DNA of 64,000 nucleotides, taken from contig JBEKZM010000016.1 in assembly GCA_049509875.1 (NCBI GenBank), positions 5,357-69,356 of the forward strand, in the 5' to 3' direction. Position 1 is the first letter of the stretch; every line of letters starts with the position of its first letter. The position numbers and the translations under genes were made by a program. Shown here piece after piece: positions 1-9,304 of the stretch. Under the pieces are notes generated by a model that was not told where the DNA came from, made no database searches, and saw only the letters and a list, made by a program, of their open reading frames with translations. The stretch comes from Verrucomicrobiota bacterium (GTDB lineage: Bacteria; Verrucomicrobiota; Verrucomicrobiia; Limisphaerales; UBA11358).

Positions 1-1
1 C

Positions 2-760
2 TTTCGCCCGTCCTATCCTTCCGCGCTGTTCGATTTTTTGGCCACGCTCGTTCCGCGCACGATCACGGTCTGGGATTGCGCCTGTGGGAGCGGGCAGGCC
101 TCCGTTGATCTGGCCGAACGCTTCGAACGCGTCATCGCCACCGACGGCAGCCAGGACCAGATTGGCTCCGCCGCGGCTCATCCGCGCATCGACTACCGCG
201 TGGCGCTCGCCGAACAAAGCAGTCTCCCGGATCATTCCATCGGCCTGCTCACCGTGGCGCAGGCCCTACACTGGTTTGATCTTCCGCTTTTCTATGCCGA
301 AGTTAAACGGGTGCTGGCCCCGGGCGGAGTGATGGCTATCTGGGGCTACGGCTTTCACACCGTTGAAGGCGAGTCGGTCAATCCCATCGTTCAGCGATAT
401 TATTCCGAAACGGTCGGCCCCTACTGGCCGCCCGAGCGCAAGCTCATCGAAAGCGGCTACCGGGCGATTTCGTTCCCCTTCGCCGAAATTACTCCGCCCG
501 TCTTTAAAATGGAAGTTTACTGGACACTGGAACAACTGCTCGGCTACCTCAGCACCTGGTCCGCCACCAATCGCTATATTAAAGCGACCGGCCGCAACCC
601 GCTGCCTGCGCTGGCGGAAGAATTAAAGCCCTTCTGGGGCGATGCCGATCAGCCCCGGCAGGTAGCTTGGACGCTCCCGTTGCGGATCGGACGCCAAGAC
701 CAGTTACGAAGTCATAATAAAGCTGCGGATCTTACCAATCCGCAGCCTTCGCCGACATAG
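2..760 (+). CDS. class I SAM-dependent methyltransferase (Methyltransf_11-like); 5' end probably outside the window
   Basis: ORF 38..760 stays open in the same frame back to position 2. It has SAM-binding motif I (VWDCACGSGQAS), the acidic loop ATDGS, and the LAPGGVMAIWGY segment typical of class I methyltransferases. Confidence 0.8.
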   Translation, partial: FRPSYPSALFDFLATLVPRTITVWDCACGSGQASVDLAERFERVIATDGSQDQIGSAAAHPRIDYRVALAEQSSLPDHSIGLLTVAQALHWFDLPLFYAEVKRVLAPGGVMAIWGYGFHTVEGESVNPIVQRYYSETVGPYWPPERKLIESGYRAISFPFAEITPPVFKMEVYWTLEQLLGYLSTWSATNRYIKATGRNPLPALAEELKPFWGDADQPRQVAWTLPLRIGRQDQLRSHNKAADLTNPQPSPT

Positions 761-825
761 GGAGCGCCGGTTCGTTTGACCAGGGCGCCGGGGTGTGCCA
801 GGAGCCAGTTAAAGTTTCGAAGGAA

Positions 826-863
826 CGCCGGGAGAGGGCCCATGCCCTCACCCGGCGTTTATT
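826..863 (+). terminator. rho-independent terminator between convergent genes
   Basis: Arm CGCCGGGAGAGGGC (826-839) pairs with GCCCTCACCCGGCG (844-857) at 13 of 14 positions around a 4-nt loop, followed by TTTATT. It lies between the methyltransferase stop (760) and the htrA stop (883). Confidence 0.5.
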
Positions 864-882
864 AACGGGCTGCCAAGCGCGA

Positions 883-2400
883 TCAACTCGCCTTGCCTTC
901 ATCCACCACCACGTAGTGGCTGCCGCCGTCCGCCCAGATGCGCAGCAGGGTGCGCTTGTCCGACGGATTGGAGGTCAGGTTCACGGCATCATCCGCACTT
1001 TTCACGGCATGATGGTTGATTTCCTCGATCACGTCGCCAGGCTTGAGGCCCGCCTCTGCGGAGGCGGACGAGGGATCCACCTGGGTGACGACCGCGCCGG
1101 TGACGTTCTTGGGGATGTTGAACTGGCTGCGCACCTGCTGGTCCACATCCGCAACGCCGACGCCGTTGAGCGTGCCGGTGTCGTTGCCAGTGTCCGACGT
1201 GGCGCTGGCCAATTCGTCAGTGCCGGGCAAGGCCTTGACGGTGGCCTTCAGGGTCTGCTTTTCGCCATTGCGCAGGATTTCGACGGGTACGGTGGACCCG
1301 GGTTTCGTGTCGGCGACGTCCAACTTGAGGTGGCGGCTGTCGACCACTTTCTTGCCGTTGAACTCAAGCACTACGTCGCCATCCTTGAAGCCTGCCTTTT
1401 CGGCCGGACTGTCGGGTGTGACGTCGGCGACGAGCGCGCCGGTGTTTTCCTTGAGCTTGAACTCATCCGCCAGCACGGGCGTGACGTTTTGGATCATGAC
1501 CCCGAGGTAACCGCGGGTGACGTGGCCGTAGGCGATGAGGCTTTGCATGACGCCGCGGGCGGTGTCCGCAGGAACCGCGAAGCCCACGCCCTGGCTGCCG
1601 CCGGAGCGGCTCAGAATGGCCGTGTTGATGCCGATGAGCCGGCCGTCGATGTCCACCAGCGCGCCGCCGGAGTTGCCGGGATTGATGGCGGCGTCGGTCT
1701 GGATGAAGTTCTCGTAGTCTTCAATGCCCATGCCGCCGCGTTCCGTGGCGCTGACAATGCCCTTGGTCACCGTCTGGCCCACGCCGAACGGATTGCCGAC
1801 GGCCAGGACCACATCGCCCACCTCCACCTTGTCGCTGTCGGCCAGGGGGACGACGGGCAAGTTGTCGGCGGCGATCTTGACGACGGCGATGTCGCTCTTG
1901 GGATCGCGGCCCACGACTTTGGCGGTGAACTCACGGCCGTCCGTCAGGCTGACTTTCACCTCGCTGGCGCCGTCCACCACGTGATTGTTGGTGAGAATAT
2001 AGCCGTCCTTGGTGACAATGACGCCCGAGCCGATGCCGTGTTCATGCTGCGGACCCTGCGGCACCCGGCGGCCGAATTGGTGGCCGAAGAATTGTTGCCA
2101 GAATGGATCGTTAATGCCGGGCATGTCCTGCGCCGAGGAGTTCCTAATGGTGGTGGTCGTTTCGATTTTTACCACGGCCGGGGCCACCTTTTTGACGATG
2201 GGCGCATAGCTCCCGTGCGGGAGCGTATCCCGGGCGACAGCATTTTCGTCCAAGGGCACGGTTACGTTGGGATGTTCGGAGGCCGTTGATTTGTCAGTTT
2301 CGCTGGAGAGGGCCACGGCGGCGCCGCCGGCGATCAGGGCGGCGGTGAGGGACGCGATGACGATCCGGTTGCGAAATCGATTGGTTGTATCTGCGTTCAT
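883..2400 (-). CDS. htrA: HtrA/DegP/DegQ-family periplasmic serine endoprotease with two PDZ domains
   Basis: Catalytic triad contexts TNNHVVDGA (His), DIAVVKI (Asp) and GNSGGAL (Ser), followed by two PDZ-like segments. An N-terminal hydrophobic signal/anchor (IVIASLTAALIAGGAAVAL) follows the ATG at 2400. The longer ORF up to 2667 has no protease-like sequence. Confidence 0.9.
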   Translation of the reverse strand: MNADTTNRFRNRIVIASLTAALIAGGAAVALSSETDKSTASEHPNVTVPLDENAVARDTLPHGSYAPIVKKVAPAVVKIETTTTIRNSSAQDMPGINDPFWQQFFGHQFGRRVPQGPQHEHGIGSGVIVTKDGYILTNNHVVDGASEVKVSLTDGREFTAKVVGRDPKSDIAVVKIAADNLPVVPLADSDKVEVGDVVLAVGNPFGVGQTVTKGIVSATERGGMGIEDYENFIQTDAAINPGNSGGALVDIDGRLIGINTAILSRSGGSQGVGFAVPADTARGVMQSLIAYGHVTRGYLGVMIQNVTPVLADEFKLKENTGALVADVTPDSPAEKAGFKDGDVVLEFNGKKVVDSRHLKLDVADTKPGSTVPVEILRNGEKQTLKATVKALPGTDELASATSDTGNDTGTLNGVGVADVDQQVRSQFNIPKNVTGAVVTQVDPSSASAEAGLKPGDVIEEINHHAVKSADDAVNLTSNPSDKRTLLRIWADGGSHYVVVDEGKAS

Positions 2401-2636
2401 AATTTTATTTTGGTCTATTTGTATCGTTTGATTTATTTGGTTTAAATTACAACGGTTTGACCAAAACCATGATGACGGGAACATTGCTGGAAGATTACAG
2501 GTTGGTAAGGAACGAAGCGCGCTTTCGTCCGCACGGTAGGCAGTGAATCGATGGGGACCGCAGCCCGCATGAGAGCGGTGTCGCGCTTTGCTTGCCACCG
2601 AAGTCCTAGACGCTGGCGCGCAGTCGGAAGCCGGGG

Positions 2637-2664
2637 TTGAAAAGCACGGGCAAGATGCCCATGC
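2637..2664 (-). terminator. REP-type hairpin acting as a probable terminator of the 2699..6040 gene
   Basis: GCACGGGC (2644-2651) pairs with GCCCATGC (2657-2664) at 7 of 8 positions around a 5-nt loop. On the minus strand it is followed by TTTTCAA, 35 nt downstream of the stop at 2699. Confidence 0.45.
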
Positions 2665-2698
2665 CACTACGTGGTAGCAGCGCGAGCGATGCCGCTTG

Positions 2699-5600
2699 TC
2701 ACCACGCCACCGGCAGTAGCGCCGTGGCCGCGAGGGCCGGGTCTTCGCAGGTCGCCAGTGAATCGGTAATGGCAGCCAACGAGCGGGGGACTTTGCCTTC
2801 GAAAATGGCTTTCCCGCCGGCCAGGACTCGGATCGGCTGGTCCAGATCCAGCAAATCGTCCGACAGGCGGAGCGTCATCTTGCCGCCGGTGGCTGGGGTC
2901 TCGATGACGATGTCCTGGCCATCGACGTGCGCGGTGTAAAGGTCGTCAACTTGCACCGCATCGGCGTCGCGCTGCAGCCAGTAAAACCGGGCATGCAGGG
3001 CGTTGCCGCTCTGTTTCCAGACCACCCGTTTCGGCCAAGCGACCCGGCGGAGCGGCGCCATGCGCGGAATGGCCTCGGCTTCGCGATTTTGCATGCCATG
3101 AGGCAGGCCGGGATAGACCGTCAGGCGATGCGGGTAGCCGTCCGGGTCGGCCGCTTGCAGGACATCCATTTTGGCGCTGAACTCACGGACCACCACGTTG
3201 CGATTGTAGGCGGAATCATCGCCGCCCACGTAAAGGAAGAAGGGAAGATTGCGCAGGCCGTCCGGCGTGACCTGGTTCGGATGTCCGGCGCACATGGTGG
3301 CCGCCGCGAACCGGTCGGCCATGCGCGGCGCCAGTTGGTAAACGCCGTCGCCTCCGGCGGAGTAACCGATAAGGTAAACGCGGTTCGGGTCCACGCCCCG
3401 CTGCAAGACGAAGTCGGTGATCAAGCGGTCGAGCAAGGGGTCCACCCACTTCACATGCCACATGTCCCAGGTGTTGGCGGGGGCGCGCGGCGCCACGTTG
3501 ATGCTGCCGGGCGGAAATTCGTAGCGGCCATAGTAGCCGTGCCAGTTGGCGTCATTCTCCCCGGCGGTCGCCTCGCCGCCGCCGTGCAGCGTGATCCAGA
3601 GGTTGTGCAAACCATCGGGCGCGTCGCCGAAAGTACGCTCCATCCATTTGAGCGATTTTTCGCCAAGGACAATATTTTTGGCGGACAATTCCTCCCGGGC
3701 TGAAGGCGCGCGCGTCTTGCCGACGTCGCCCCAGGTAAGCGCTATCAGGCGCGCCGCATCTTCGCGCGAAAACGTCGGGTCCGGCGGCGTGCCGCGTTCG
3801 GCAGCGGGACGGGCGAGCCAAGCTTCGGCTGCCAGGATGGCCGGCGGCACGGGCGCGAGCTCATCCCAGGCAAGATCGAGTGTGGGCGATTCCACGCAGA
3901 CCGTGCAGGAGACGATTTTCTCCCGCGCCACGCCCTCACGGATAAAGCGGAAGGCCACACTGGGGACATTTTTCGGGAGGGTAAAATCGGGCATGTCATT
4001 CATGTCGCTGGCGCCGGCCCGCGTCCGGTTGGTGGCGAGCACTTCGTCAGCCGGCGAACGCATCTCGACCTCCACGGCCAGGCGGTCGCCGCCGGCTTTC
4101 TCGCGGAAGCGGAGATGGACGACGGTGGCGACCGCGTTGGTGTCCGGTTGCAGGGTTGCGTACCGGGCGGAAACGTTCACCGCCGGCACCTGCCGCGAGT
4201 CGAGATCCCAGGCGAGCGGAAAATATTCGCCGGTGCGCCTCCAGCTCGTCGCGTAAATTTGATTGAGCGGATTCGGACTGCGGGCGGTGAGGGCGGCGTC
4301 GTTTGTAAACCAGCCGCGGTCCAGACCGGCCTGGTTGAACTCGTCGGCGCCCGTGAAATGCCAGTCACCATCCCAAATTTCGACCCAGGTATGGTTGCCT
4401 TCCTTGTTCACCCATTCGGGCACGCCGACGGCACGGGCGGGCACGCCGACGGCGCGGCAGGCGTCCACCAGGATGATGGACAGGCCGGTGCAGGTGGCTT
4501 TCCCCTGCTCGATCGATTCCTGGGGGCTCTGGTTGTTCCGCTTGCGGGCGAGGTTGTAGTGAACCTTGAGGCGGTTGAAGAGATCGCGATTGATGGCCTG
4601 CGCCGCCTCGGTCGCGTTGGTGCAATCATGCACGATGCCGGATGCCAGCTTGTAAAAGTCCGCGCGCCACGGGTCGCGCGGCTCATCGAGCGACGCATAA
4701 GGCAGCACATCATTGAAGAAAATTCGCTCCGGCAGGGCCTGCGCCCACGGAAACTCCTTGCGCGCCTGGAGCGCTAATTCGAGGTTGTCCATCAGGAAAT
4801 CGCAAGTCAGGGAGGAGCGATCGGCCGGGGGCATGTTGTCGGTGATAAAATAAGCCGCGCGGCGGCCCACGTCGCCGAATTTTTCAGTGGCCTGCGCAAC
4901 GAACAACTCCGTTGCCACCGGCAACGGTGCGTCCAGCTTCAGGAGGCGGTCCTGGCGGACGCGCCAGACGTGCGCGTTGGTACCGTCATGGAAGGCAACC
5001 GAACAGGCGTAGCCGTCAGCCGTGGGTGCCAGCACCGGCATTTCGACCCCGGCCGGAAGTTCCGGCACCGACCAGCCCAGTTGCGCGAAATTGGTGGCCC
5101 AGATTTGGTGCTTTTTCCAGAGGTCCAGTTGGGCGTAATAAACTTCCAGTGCCAGATCGCGGGCGGGTTTGCCGGGGATACCCGCGGCGGGGACACTTTC
5201 CGCCGGCGGCCGGCTCGTGAATTGAATGAGTCCCCACATCTCCGGCCGGTGCATGTCGATGACGCCCGTGGGCGACCAGACCCAGTTGTCCTCGGGAGTA
5301 TTCGGCACTTTTTGATACGCGCCGTTCGTGACGGTGATCAGCCACTCAACGCGCGAAAAGTTGAGGCGCCATTGCTCGCCTTCCTCCGGCGGGCCGGGGT
5401 GCCGAGCATGTTGGGAAAGCACGGACCAGGGAAAAGCGATCTCGACGGTCCAACCCTGGTCAGTGTCGGCGGGGTTGTTCAAGGTGCCGCGGACCAGGAC
5501 GGCGGTCTTGGCGCCGGGAATTTCCCATTCATTGTGCGGTTCGCCGCCGTCCTGGTAGGGCTTGGTGAGCATCAAATCCCACGTGGTGTTGAGCGCGTTC

Positions 5601-6040
5601 ATCTCAAATTCGTAATACGGCTGAGTTTCGCCTTTGGGATCCATAAAAACCTCGAAGTCCGGATCATAAAATATGACCGAGTCATGATTGGTCAGGGTGG
5701 CCCACACTTGCGGCTCCTCCAGTTCGGAGGCGATGTAGAGATAATTTGTGTCCCACAGCAATTTGGCCCGCGTATGAAACCGCGGGGCCGGTCTGGTGCG
5801 GCCTTGGATGTCCGTAAAATCGTCCGTCCACGGCGCACTGTTCCAGGCCGGTTCATCCAGCTTGCCGTCAATCGTGATGGGCGAGGTGGCCTGGCGGCAG
5901 ATATAGTTTTTGGGCACGATGATCCGCATTTTATAGTGCCAGTCAGCGCGGTTTTCGGCCCGTGACGATACGGGTGCCAGCAGGGTCAGACAGAGCCACG
6001 AGGCGGACAAAAGACTTCGGCGAAACGTTTTGAAGTTCAT
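2699..6040 (-). CDS. secreted three-module protein: CBM9/DOMON-like sugar-binding domain, transglutaminase-like cysteine protease core, C-terminal alpha/beta-hydrolase (esterase) domain
   Basis: A signal peptide follows the ATG at 6040 (MNFKTFRRSLLSASWLCLTLLAPVSSRA). The CBM9-like block is ITIDGKLDEPAW...LLWDTNYLYIA...YYEFEMN. The transglutaminase Cys-His-Asp context is ATCTGLSIILVDACRAVGVPAR...HTWVEIWDGDWHFTGADE. The serine hydrolase nucleophile elbow is LIGYSAGG, followed by GGDDS and PGLPHGM. Confidence 0.75.
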   Translation of the reverse strand: MNFKTFRRSLLSASWLCLTLLAPVSSRAENRADWHYKMRIIVPKNYICRQATSPITIDGKLDEPAWNSAPWTDDFTDIQGRTRPAPRFHTRAKLLWDTNYLYIASELEEPQVWATLTNHDSVIFYDPDFEVFMDPKGETQPYYEFEMNALNTTWDLMLTKPYQDGGEPHNEWEIPGAKTAVLVRGTLNNPADTDQGWTVEIAFPWSVLSQHARHPGPPEEGEQWRLNFSRVEWLITVTNGAYQKVPNTPEDNWVWSPTGVIDMHRPEMWGLIQFTSRPPAESVPAAGIPGKPARDLALEVYYAQLDLWKKHQIWATNFAQLGWSVPELPAGVEMPVLAPTADGYACSVAFHDGTNAHVWRVRQDRLLKLDAPLPVATELFVAQATEKFGDVGRRAAYFITDNMPPADRSSLTCDFLMDNLELALQARKEFPWAQALPERIFFNDVLPYASLDEPRDPWRADFYKLASGIVHDCTNATEAAQAINRDLFNRLKVHYNLARKRNNQSPQESIEQGKATCTGLSIILVDACRAVGVPARAVGVPEWVNKEGNHTWVEIWDGDWHFTGADEFNQAGLDRGWFTNDAALTARSPNPLNQIYATSWRRTGEYFPLAWDLDSRQVPAVNVSARYATLQPDTNAVATVVHLRFREKAGGDRLAVEVEMRSPADEVLATNRTRAGASDMNDMPDFTLPKNVPSVAFRFIREGVAREKIVSCTVCVESPTLDLAWDELAPVPPAILAAEAWLARPAAERGTPPDPTFSREDAARLIALTWGDVGKTRAPSAREELSAKNIVLGEKSLKWMERTFGDAPDGLHNLWITLHGGGEATAGENDANWHGYYGRYEFPPGSINVAPRAPANTWDMWHVKWVDPLLDRLITDFVLQRGVDPNRVYLIGYSAGGDGVYQLAPRMADRFAAATMCAGHPNQVTPDGLRNLPFFLYVGGDDSAYNRNVVVREFSAKMDVLQAADPDGYPHRLTVYPGLPHGMQNREAEAIPRMAPLRRVAWPKRVVWKQSGNALHARFYWLQRDADAVQVDDLYTAHVDGQDIVIETPATGGKMTLRLSDDLLDLDQPIRVLAGGKAIFEGKVPRSLAAITDSLATCEDPALAATALLPVAW

Positions 6041-6165
6041 GGCGGGTGTATGCTCGATTAAATCTCCATCTCCACCCATAGAAGTCCACTATTCGGCGGC
6101 TTGAGCGCAAGCAGATTTTTTCATTCCAGCTTGTGCCGTCCCGCCGCCGCGTTAGGCTTTTGACC

Positions 6166-7215
6166 ATGCCGGCCAGCGATGCGGAACATTTTTTTGAACG
6201 GACGCGCGCCGCCCGGAAAGTCATGGTGCTCGACCTTGGCTTTCTGGGCGACACGGTGCACCTGCTGCCCGCTTTGTGGCTCGTGCGCCAGGCCTATCCG
6301 CAGGCCGGGTTGCACGTCACGGTTGCCGCTCACATCACGTCGCTCCTGGATTGCGTGCCGTGGGTCGATCACGTCTGGGGTTACATGCGTTACCCGCGCC
6401 ATGCCACCCTGCGCGAGAACCTCGCGTTGGTCGCGCGCCTGCGCCGCGGGAAATTCGACGTGGTCATCAACCTCAATGGCTCCGACCGTTCAAGCTGGCT
6501 GACTTTTTTGAGCGGCGCGCCCGCGCGCCTGGGCCGCCTGCCCGATGACGGCGGGCCGCCATTTTGGAAACGCATGTTTACCGCGTACGTCTCCCATCCC
6601 TTCACCGAGGAGCCGGTTTATTTGCAACGGTGCCGTTGCTTGCAAAAGGCCGGCTTCCCCTTCCCGGACGCGGAATTTCACACGCGTGTGGATCCGGCCG
6701 GCCTGCGCGCGGCTGACATCGCCGAAACCGACGCGTATTTGCATATCAGCCCATTTACCACCGCCGATTCCAAGGAACTCCCGCCGGGCCAGCTTGCCGG
6801 GTTGATCGCGGCGCTGGGGGAAAAATTTCCGGACAAAAAACTCGCGCTTTCCTGCGCGCCCACGCCGCGGGAACGCGAAAAATTGGACGAGCTGCTGGCC
6901 CTCCTCCCGCATAGGCCGTGGCGCGTCCTGGCCGGCAATTTGAACCTGGTGCAGCTTGCCGCGGTCATCCAGCACAGCCGGGTCCATTTTTGCGGCGACA
7001 CCGGCCCGTTTCATCTCGCGGTCATGACCAATACTCCCACCGTGGCCTGGTTTTGGCCCAATCCGGGCATTCGGCAGTGGCTCCCCGCCAGCGACCGGTT
7101 TCGCGTGATCGTCGGCCAAAACGAGGCGGGCACCCGCTTTTTGTCGGGCATCGCCACCGCGGATCTCGTGGGGGCCGCCGAGAAAATGACAGCCGAGCCG
7201 ATTTCCCCGCCTTAA
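6166..7215 (+). CDS. glycosyltransferase family 9 (LPS heptosyltransferase-like)
   Basis: N-terminal GT9 signature VLDLGFLGDTVHLLPALWLVRQAYP, and a C-terminal GDTGPFHLA nucleotide-sugar binding motif. The ATG at 6166 is preferred over the GTG at 6133. Confidence 0.8.
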   Translation: MPASDAEHFFERTRAARKVMVLDLGFLGDTVHLLPALWLVRQAYPQAGLHVTVAAHITSLLDCVPWVDHVWGYMRYPRHATLRENLALVARLRRGKFDVVINLNGSDRSSWLTFLSGAPARLGRLPDDGGPPFWKRMFTAYVSHPFTEEPVYLQRCRCLQKAGFPFPDAEFHTRVDPAGLRAADIAETDAYLHISPFTTADSKELPPGQLAGLIAALGEKFPDKKLALSCAPTPREREKLDELLALLPHRPWRVLAGNLNLVQLAAVIQHSRVHFCGDTGPFHLAVMTNTPTVAWFWPNPGIRQWLPASDRFRVIVGQNEAGTRFLSGIATADLVGAAEKMTAEPISPP

Positions 7216-7304
7216 TACTTTCTTTACGGGTTGGTTCCCGGTCTTAATTAGCGGTTGCGCTACCCCATGCTACGATTTGGGCGCGGTTAAAAGTTGGCTG
7301 ATTG

Positions 7305-7937
7305 ATGAAGAGAATCCTCGTGCCATTGGCGCTGTCCGACGGAGCGTACGCCGGACCGGCGATCGCCACCCATTTTGCCGAAGCCTGCGAGGCGGGCCTG
7401 GTTTTGCTCCACGTTGTTCGCTGCGGCTTCGCCGAGCCGGCGGCGCTGTTGGAGGAAATCCTCCGCGAGGCCCAAGCCCAACTGGCCGCGATCGCCGCCC
7501 CGTTCCGTTCGCGCGTGCCGGTTGAAACCGTCGTTCGTACCGGCTCCCCCGCGGATATCATCGCCCAGGAGGCGCGGAAAAATGGAGCTGACGCGATCGT
7601 GATGACCACTCACGGCTGTCGCGGTTGGCGCAAATGGCTGCATCGCAACACGGCTGGCCATGTATTAAAAGCCGCCACCTGTCCAGTGTGGCTGGTCGCG
7701 CCCGGAATAAGCGGTGACACCTTCACGCTGACTCTAGCGAACTGGTCTTCAGGAAGGCCAGCCCACATCGATTGGCGCGCTCTTGCCTTCGTGGCCGACG
7801 TTCTGTTTCCAGAAATGAGGGAGCGCGGCAGGTCCTCCCCGCTGATCTTCCATCTAAGACCAACAGCCGGTCGCGTTCACCTCCGGGAAAACGCTTTGCT
7901 ATCCGTACTGCAACACCACATCAGTCCCATTTTATGA
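7305..7937 (+). CDS. universal stress protein (UspA family) with a roughly 70-aa non-USP C-terminal tail
   Basis: MKRILVPL...LLHVV...ADIIAQEARKNGADAIVMTTHGCRG...GHVLKAATCPVWLVAP is a complete USP domain. The remaining residues have no recognisable similarity and run into repeat-rich DNA. Confidence 0.7.
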   Translation: MKRILVPLALSDGAYAGPAIATHFAEACEAGLVLLHVVRCGFAEPAALLEEILREAQAQLAAIAAPFRSRVPVETVVRTGSPADIIAQEARKNGADAIVMTTHGCRGWRKWLHRNTAGHVLKAATCPVWLVAPGISGDTFTLTLANWSSGRPAHIDWRALAFVADVLFPEMRERGRSSPLIFHLRPTAGRVHLRENALLSVLQHHISPIL

Positions 7938-8193
7938 ACTCAGAACTCGCCAGTGAAGTGGGGTAGTCAGCTATCTGATTTTAGGCACGATCGGCATTGC
8001 CCTGCTTATGGGTTTGGCTTTAAGACGATTTTGCTCGTCGCGGAAACCCGGACCTCGACGCTCGCGCGTGTAGCGTCAAGCGTCCCTTCCTGAAGTGGAG
8101 GGCGGCTTCCCAGCCGCCCGGAAAAACAACTCGACACCGCCACGCCAATCGAAAGGCCATGCGTCACGGTAGCGGAGCGCGGGTCTGCGACCC

Positions 8194-8323
8194 ATAAGCG
8201 TTAACCTTATATTACCTTATTTTACAAGGTATTTTACGTCTCTGCGCGCTGAGCAACCTTTGCAAATTGGGCAAAAAACGCTACGTTTTGCTGATTTCCT
8301 CACTGAATAAGGCTAATGCCTAT
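8194..8323. mobile_element. 130-bp AT-rich MITE-like insertion with imperfect 17-bp terminal inverted repeats and a 13-bp flanking direct duplication
   Basis: The left end ATAAGCGTTAACCTTAT (8194-8210) matches the reverse complement of the right end ATAAGGCTAATGCCTAT (8307-8323) at 14 of 17 positions. It is flanked on both sides by GGGTCTGCGACCC (8181-8193 and 8324-8336). Confidence 0.45.
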
Positions 8324-8521
8324 GGGTCTGCGACCCGCAACAACTTCGCCTGTCAAGAAGATTACGAATTACGAGGGTATTCCAGTAGTTCGAGGTTGCT
8401 ACGGTTCCCAGAGCCGCGCTGCCAGGGCAGGGCGACGAGGCACCCGGTGGCGCACGTCGGGCTTAATCCAATTTGAAATCCTTCGTTTATTGGCTAATAT
8501 CCACGCCACGAATTCATTTTC

Positions 8522-9304
8522 ATGACCAAGCTGCCCATCTCCGTCTGTATCGTCGCCGGCAACGAGGCGCATCGCATCCGCGCGACGCTCGACAGCGTGA
8601 AGGATTGGACCTGCGAAATCGTTTTGGCCATTGATGATCACGTGACCGACGGGACGGACACGATCGGATCGGCGTGGGGCGCGAAGCTGGTCAGCCAGCC
8701 TTGGAAAGGTCACGCAGCGCACCGGAATTTTGCCGCGGATCACGCCACCCAGCCCTGGCTGCTGGCGATTGACGCGGACGAAGTGGTGTCCGGGAAGTTG
8801 CGCGATGAGATCATCGCTATTTTTCAAGGCCACCGTGGCGACGCTCTGCCCGCCGCCTACAGCTTTCCCCGCCTCTCCTTTTTTGCCGGGCGCTGGATTC
8901 GCCACGGCGACTGGTATCCGGACCGAAAGGTGCGGCTTTGGCGCAAAACCGCCGGCCAATGGGAGGGTGACCCGCATGAAAAACTGGTCCTCAAAGGCGA
9001 CGTGGTCCGGCTCCGGGGCGACCTGTTCCATTACAGCAACGAGAATATTGACCAGATGCTTGGTAAAATTGAGGTGGTCAGCTCCCTCTTTGTCCGCCAA
9101 TGCGAGTTTCGCGGCCGCGCGGTCGGCTGGACCGATCTCGCGGTCCGGCCGTTTTGGAAGTTCTTCCGCGCCTATTTTATCCGCCGGGGATTTTTGGACG
9201 GCTGGCCCGGGTATTTTATTGCCTGGGTTAACGCATTTTCCACGGTAGCCCGTTATGCCAAGGTCATCGAACGGGCACAGGAACAATCGCGCAAAGCGCC
9301 ATGA
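8522..9304 (+). CDS. glycosyltransferase family 2 (KdtX/WaaE-like LPS-core glycosyltransferase)
   Basis: N-terminal GT-A fold pattern ISVCIVAGNEAHRIRATLDSV...EIVLAIDDHVTDGT and the DxD-like motif AIDADE. The stop overlaps the next gene's start (ATGA at 9301-9304). Confidence 0.8.
   Translation: MTKLPISVCIVAGNEAHRIRATLDSVKDWTCEIVLAIDDHVTDGTDTIGSAWGAKLVSQPWKGHAAHRNFAADHATQPWLLAIDADEVVSGKLRDEIIAIFQGHRGDALPAAYSFPRLSFFAGRWIRHGDWYPDRKVRLWRKTAGQWEGDPHEKLVLKGDVVRLRGDLFHYSNENIDQMLGKIEVVSSLFVRQCEFRGRAVGWTDLAVRPFWKFFRAYFIRRGFLDGWPGYFIAWVNAFSTVARYAKVIERAQEQSRKAP

Noticed and set aside
793-2289. 498-aa ORF on the plus strand, opposite htrA
   Set aside because: It is fully antisense to a gene with clear catalytic motifs. 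Its translation is Ala/Gly/Arg/Val-rich low-complexity sequence with no motifs, the typical high-GC antisense artefact.
2401-2470. AT-rich leader upstream of htrA, checked for sigma32 (CTTGAA/CCCCAT) or sigmaE-type heat-shock promoters
   Set aside because: A CCCCATCGAT string exists about 150 nt upstream on the coding strand, but there is no TTGAAA-like -35 at the right spacing. This is insufficient to call a stress promoter.
8041-8521. Possible CRISPR array or tRNA in the repeat-rich 7938-8521 gap. The 15.7 kb, 28.3 kb and 60.7-61.0 kb gaps were checked as well.
   Set aside because: The repeats are few, of unequal length, in both orientations, and not separated by regular unique spacers. 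I found no cloverleaf-compatible sequence or GGTTCGAATCC-type T-arm.
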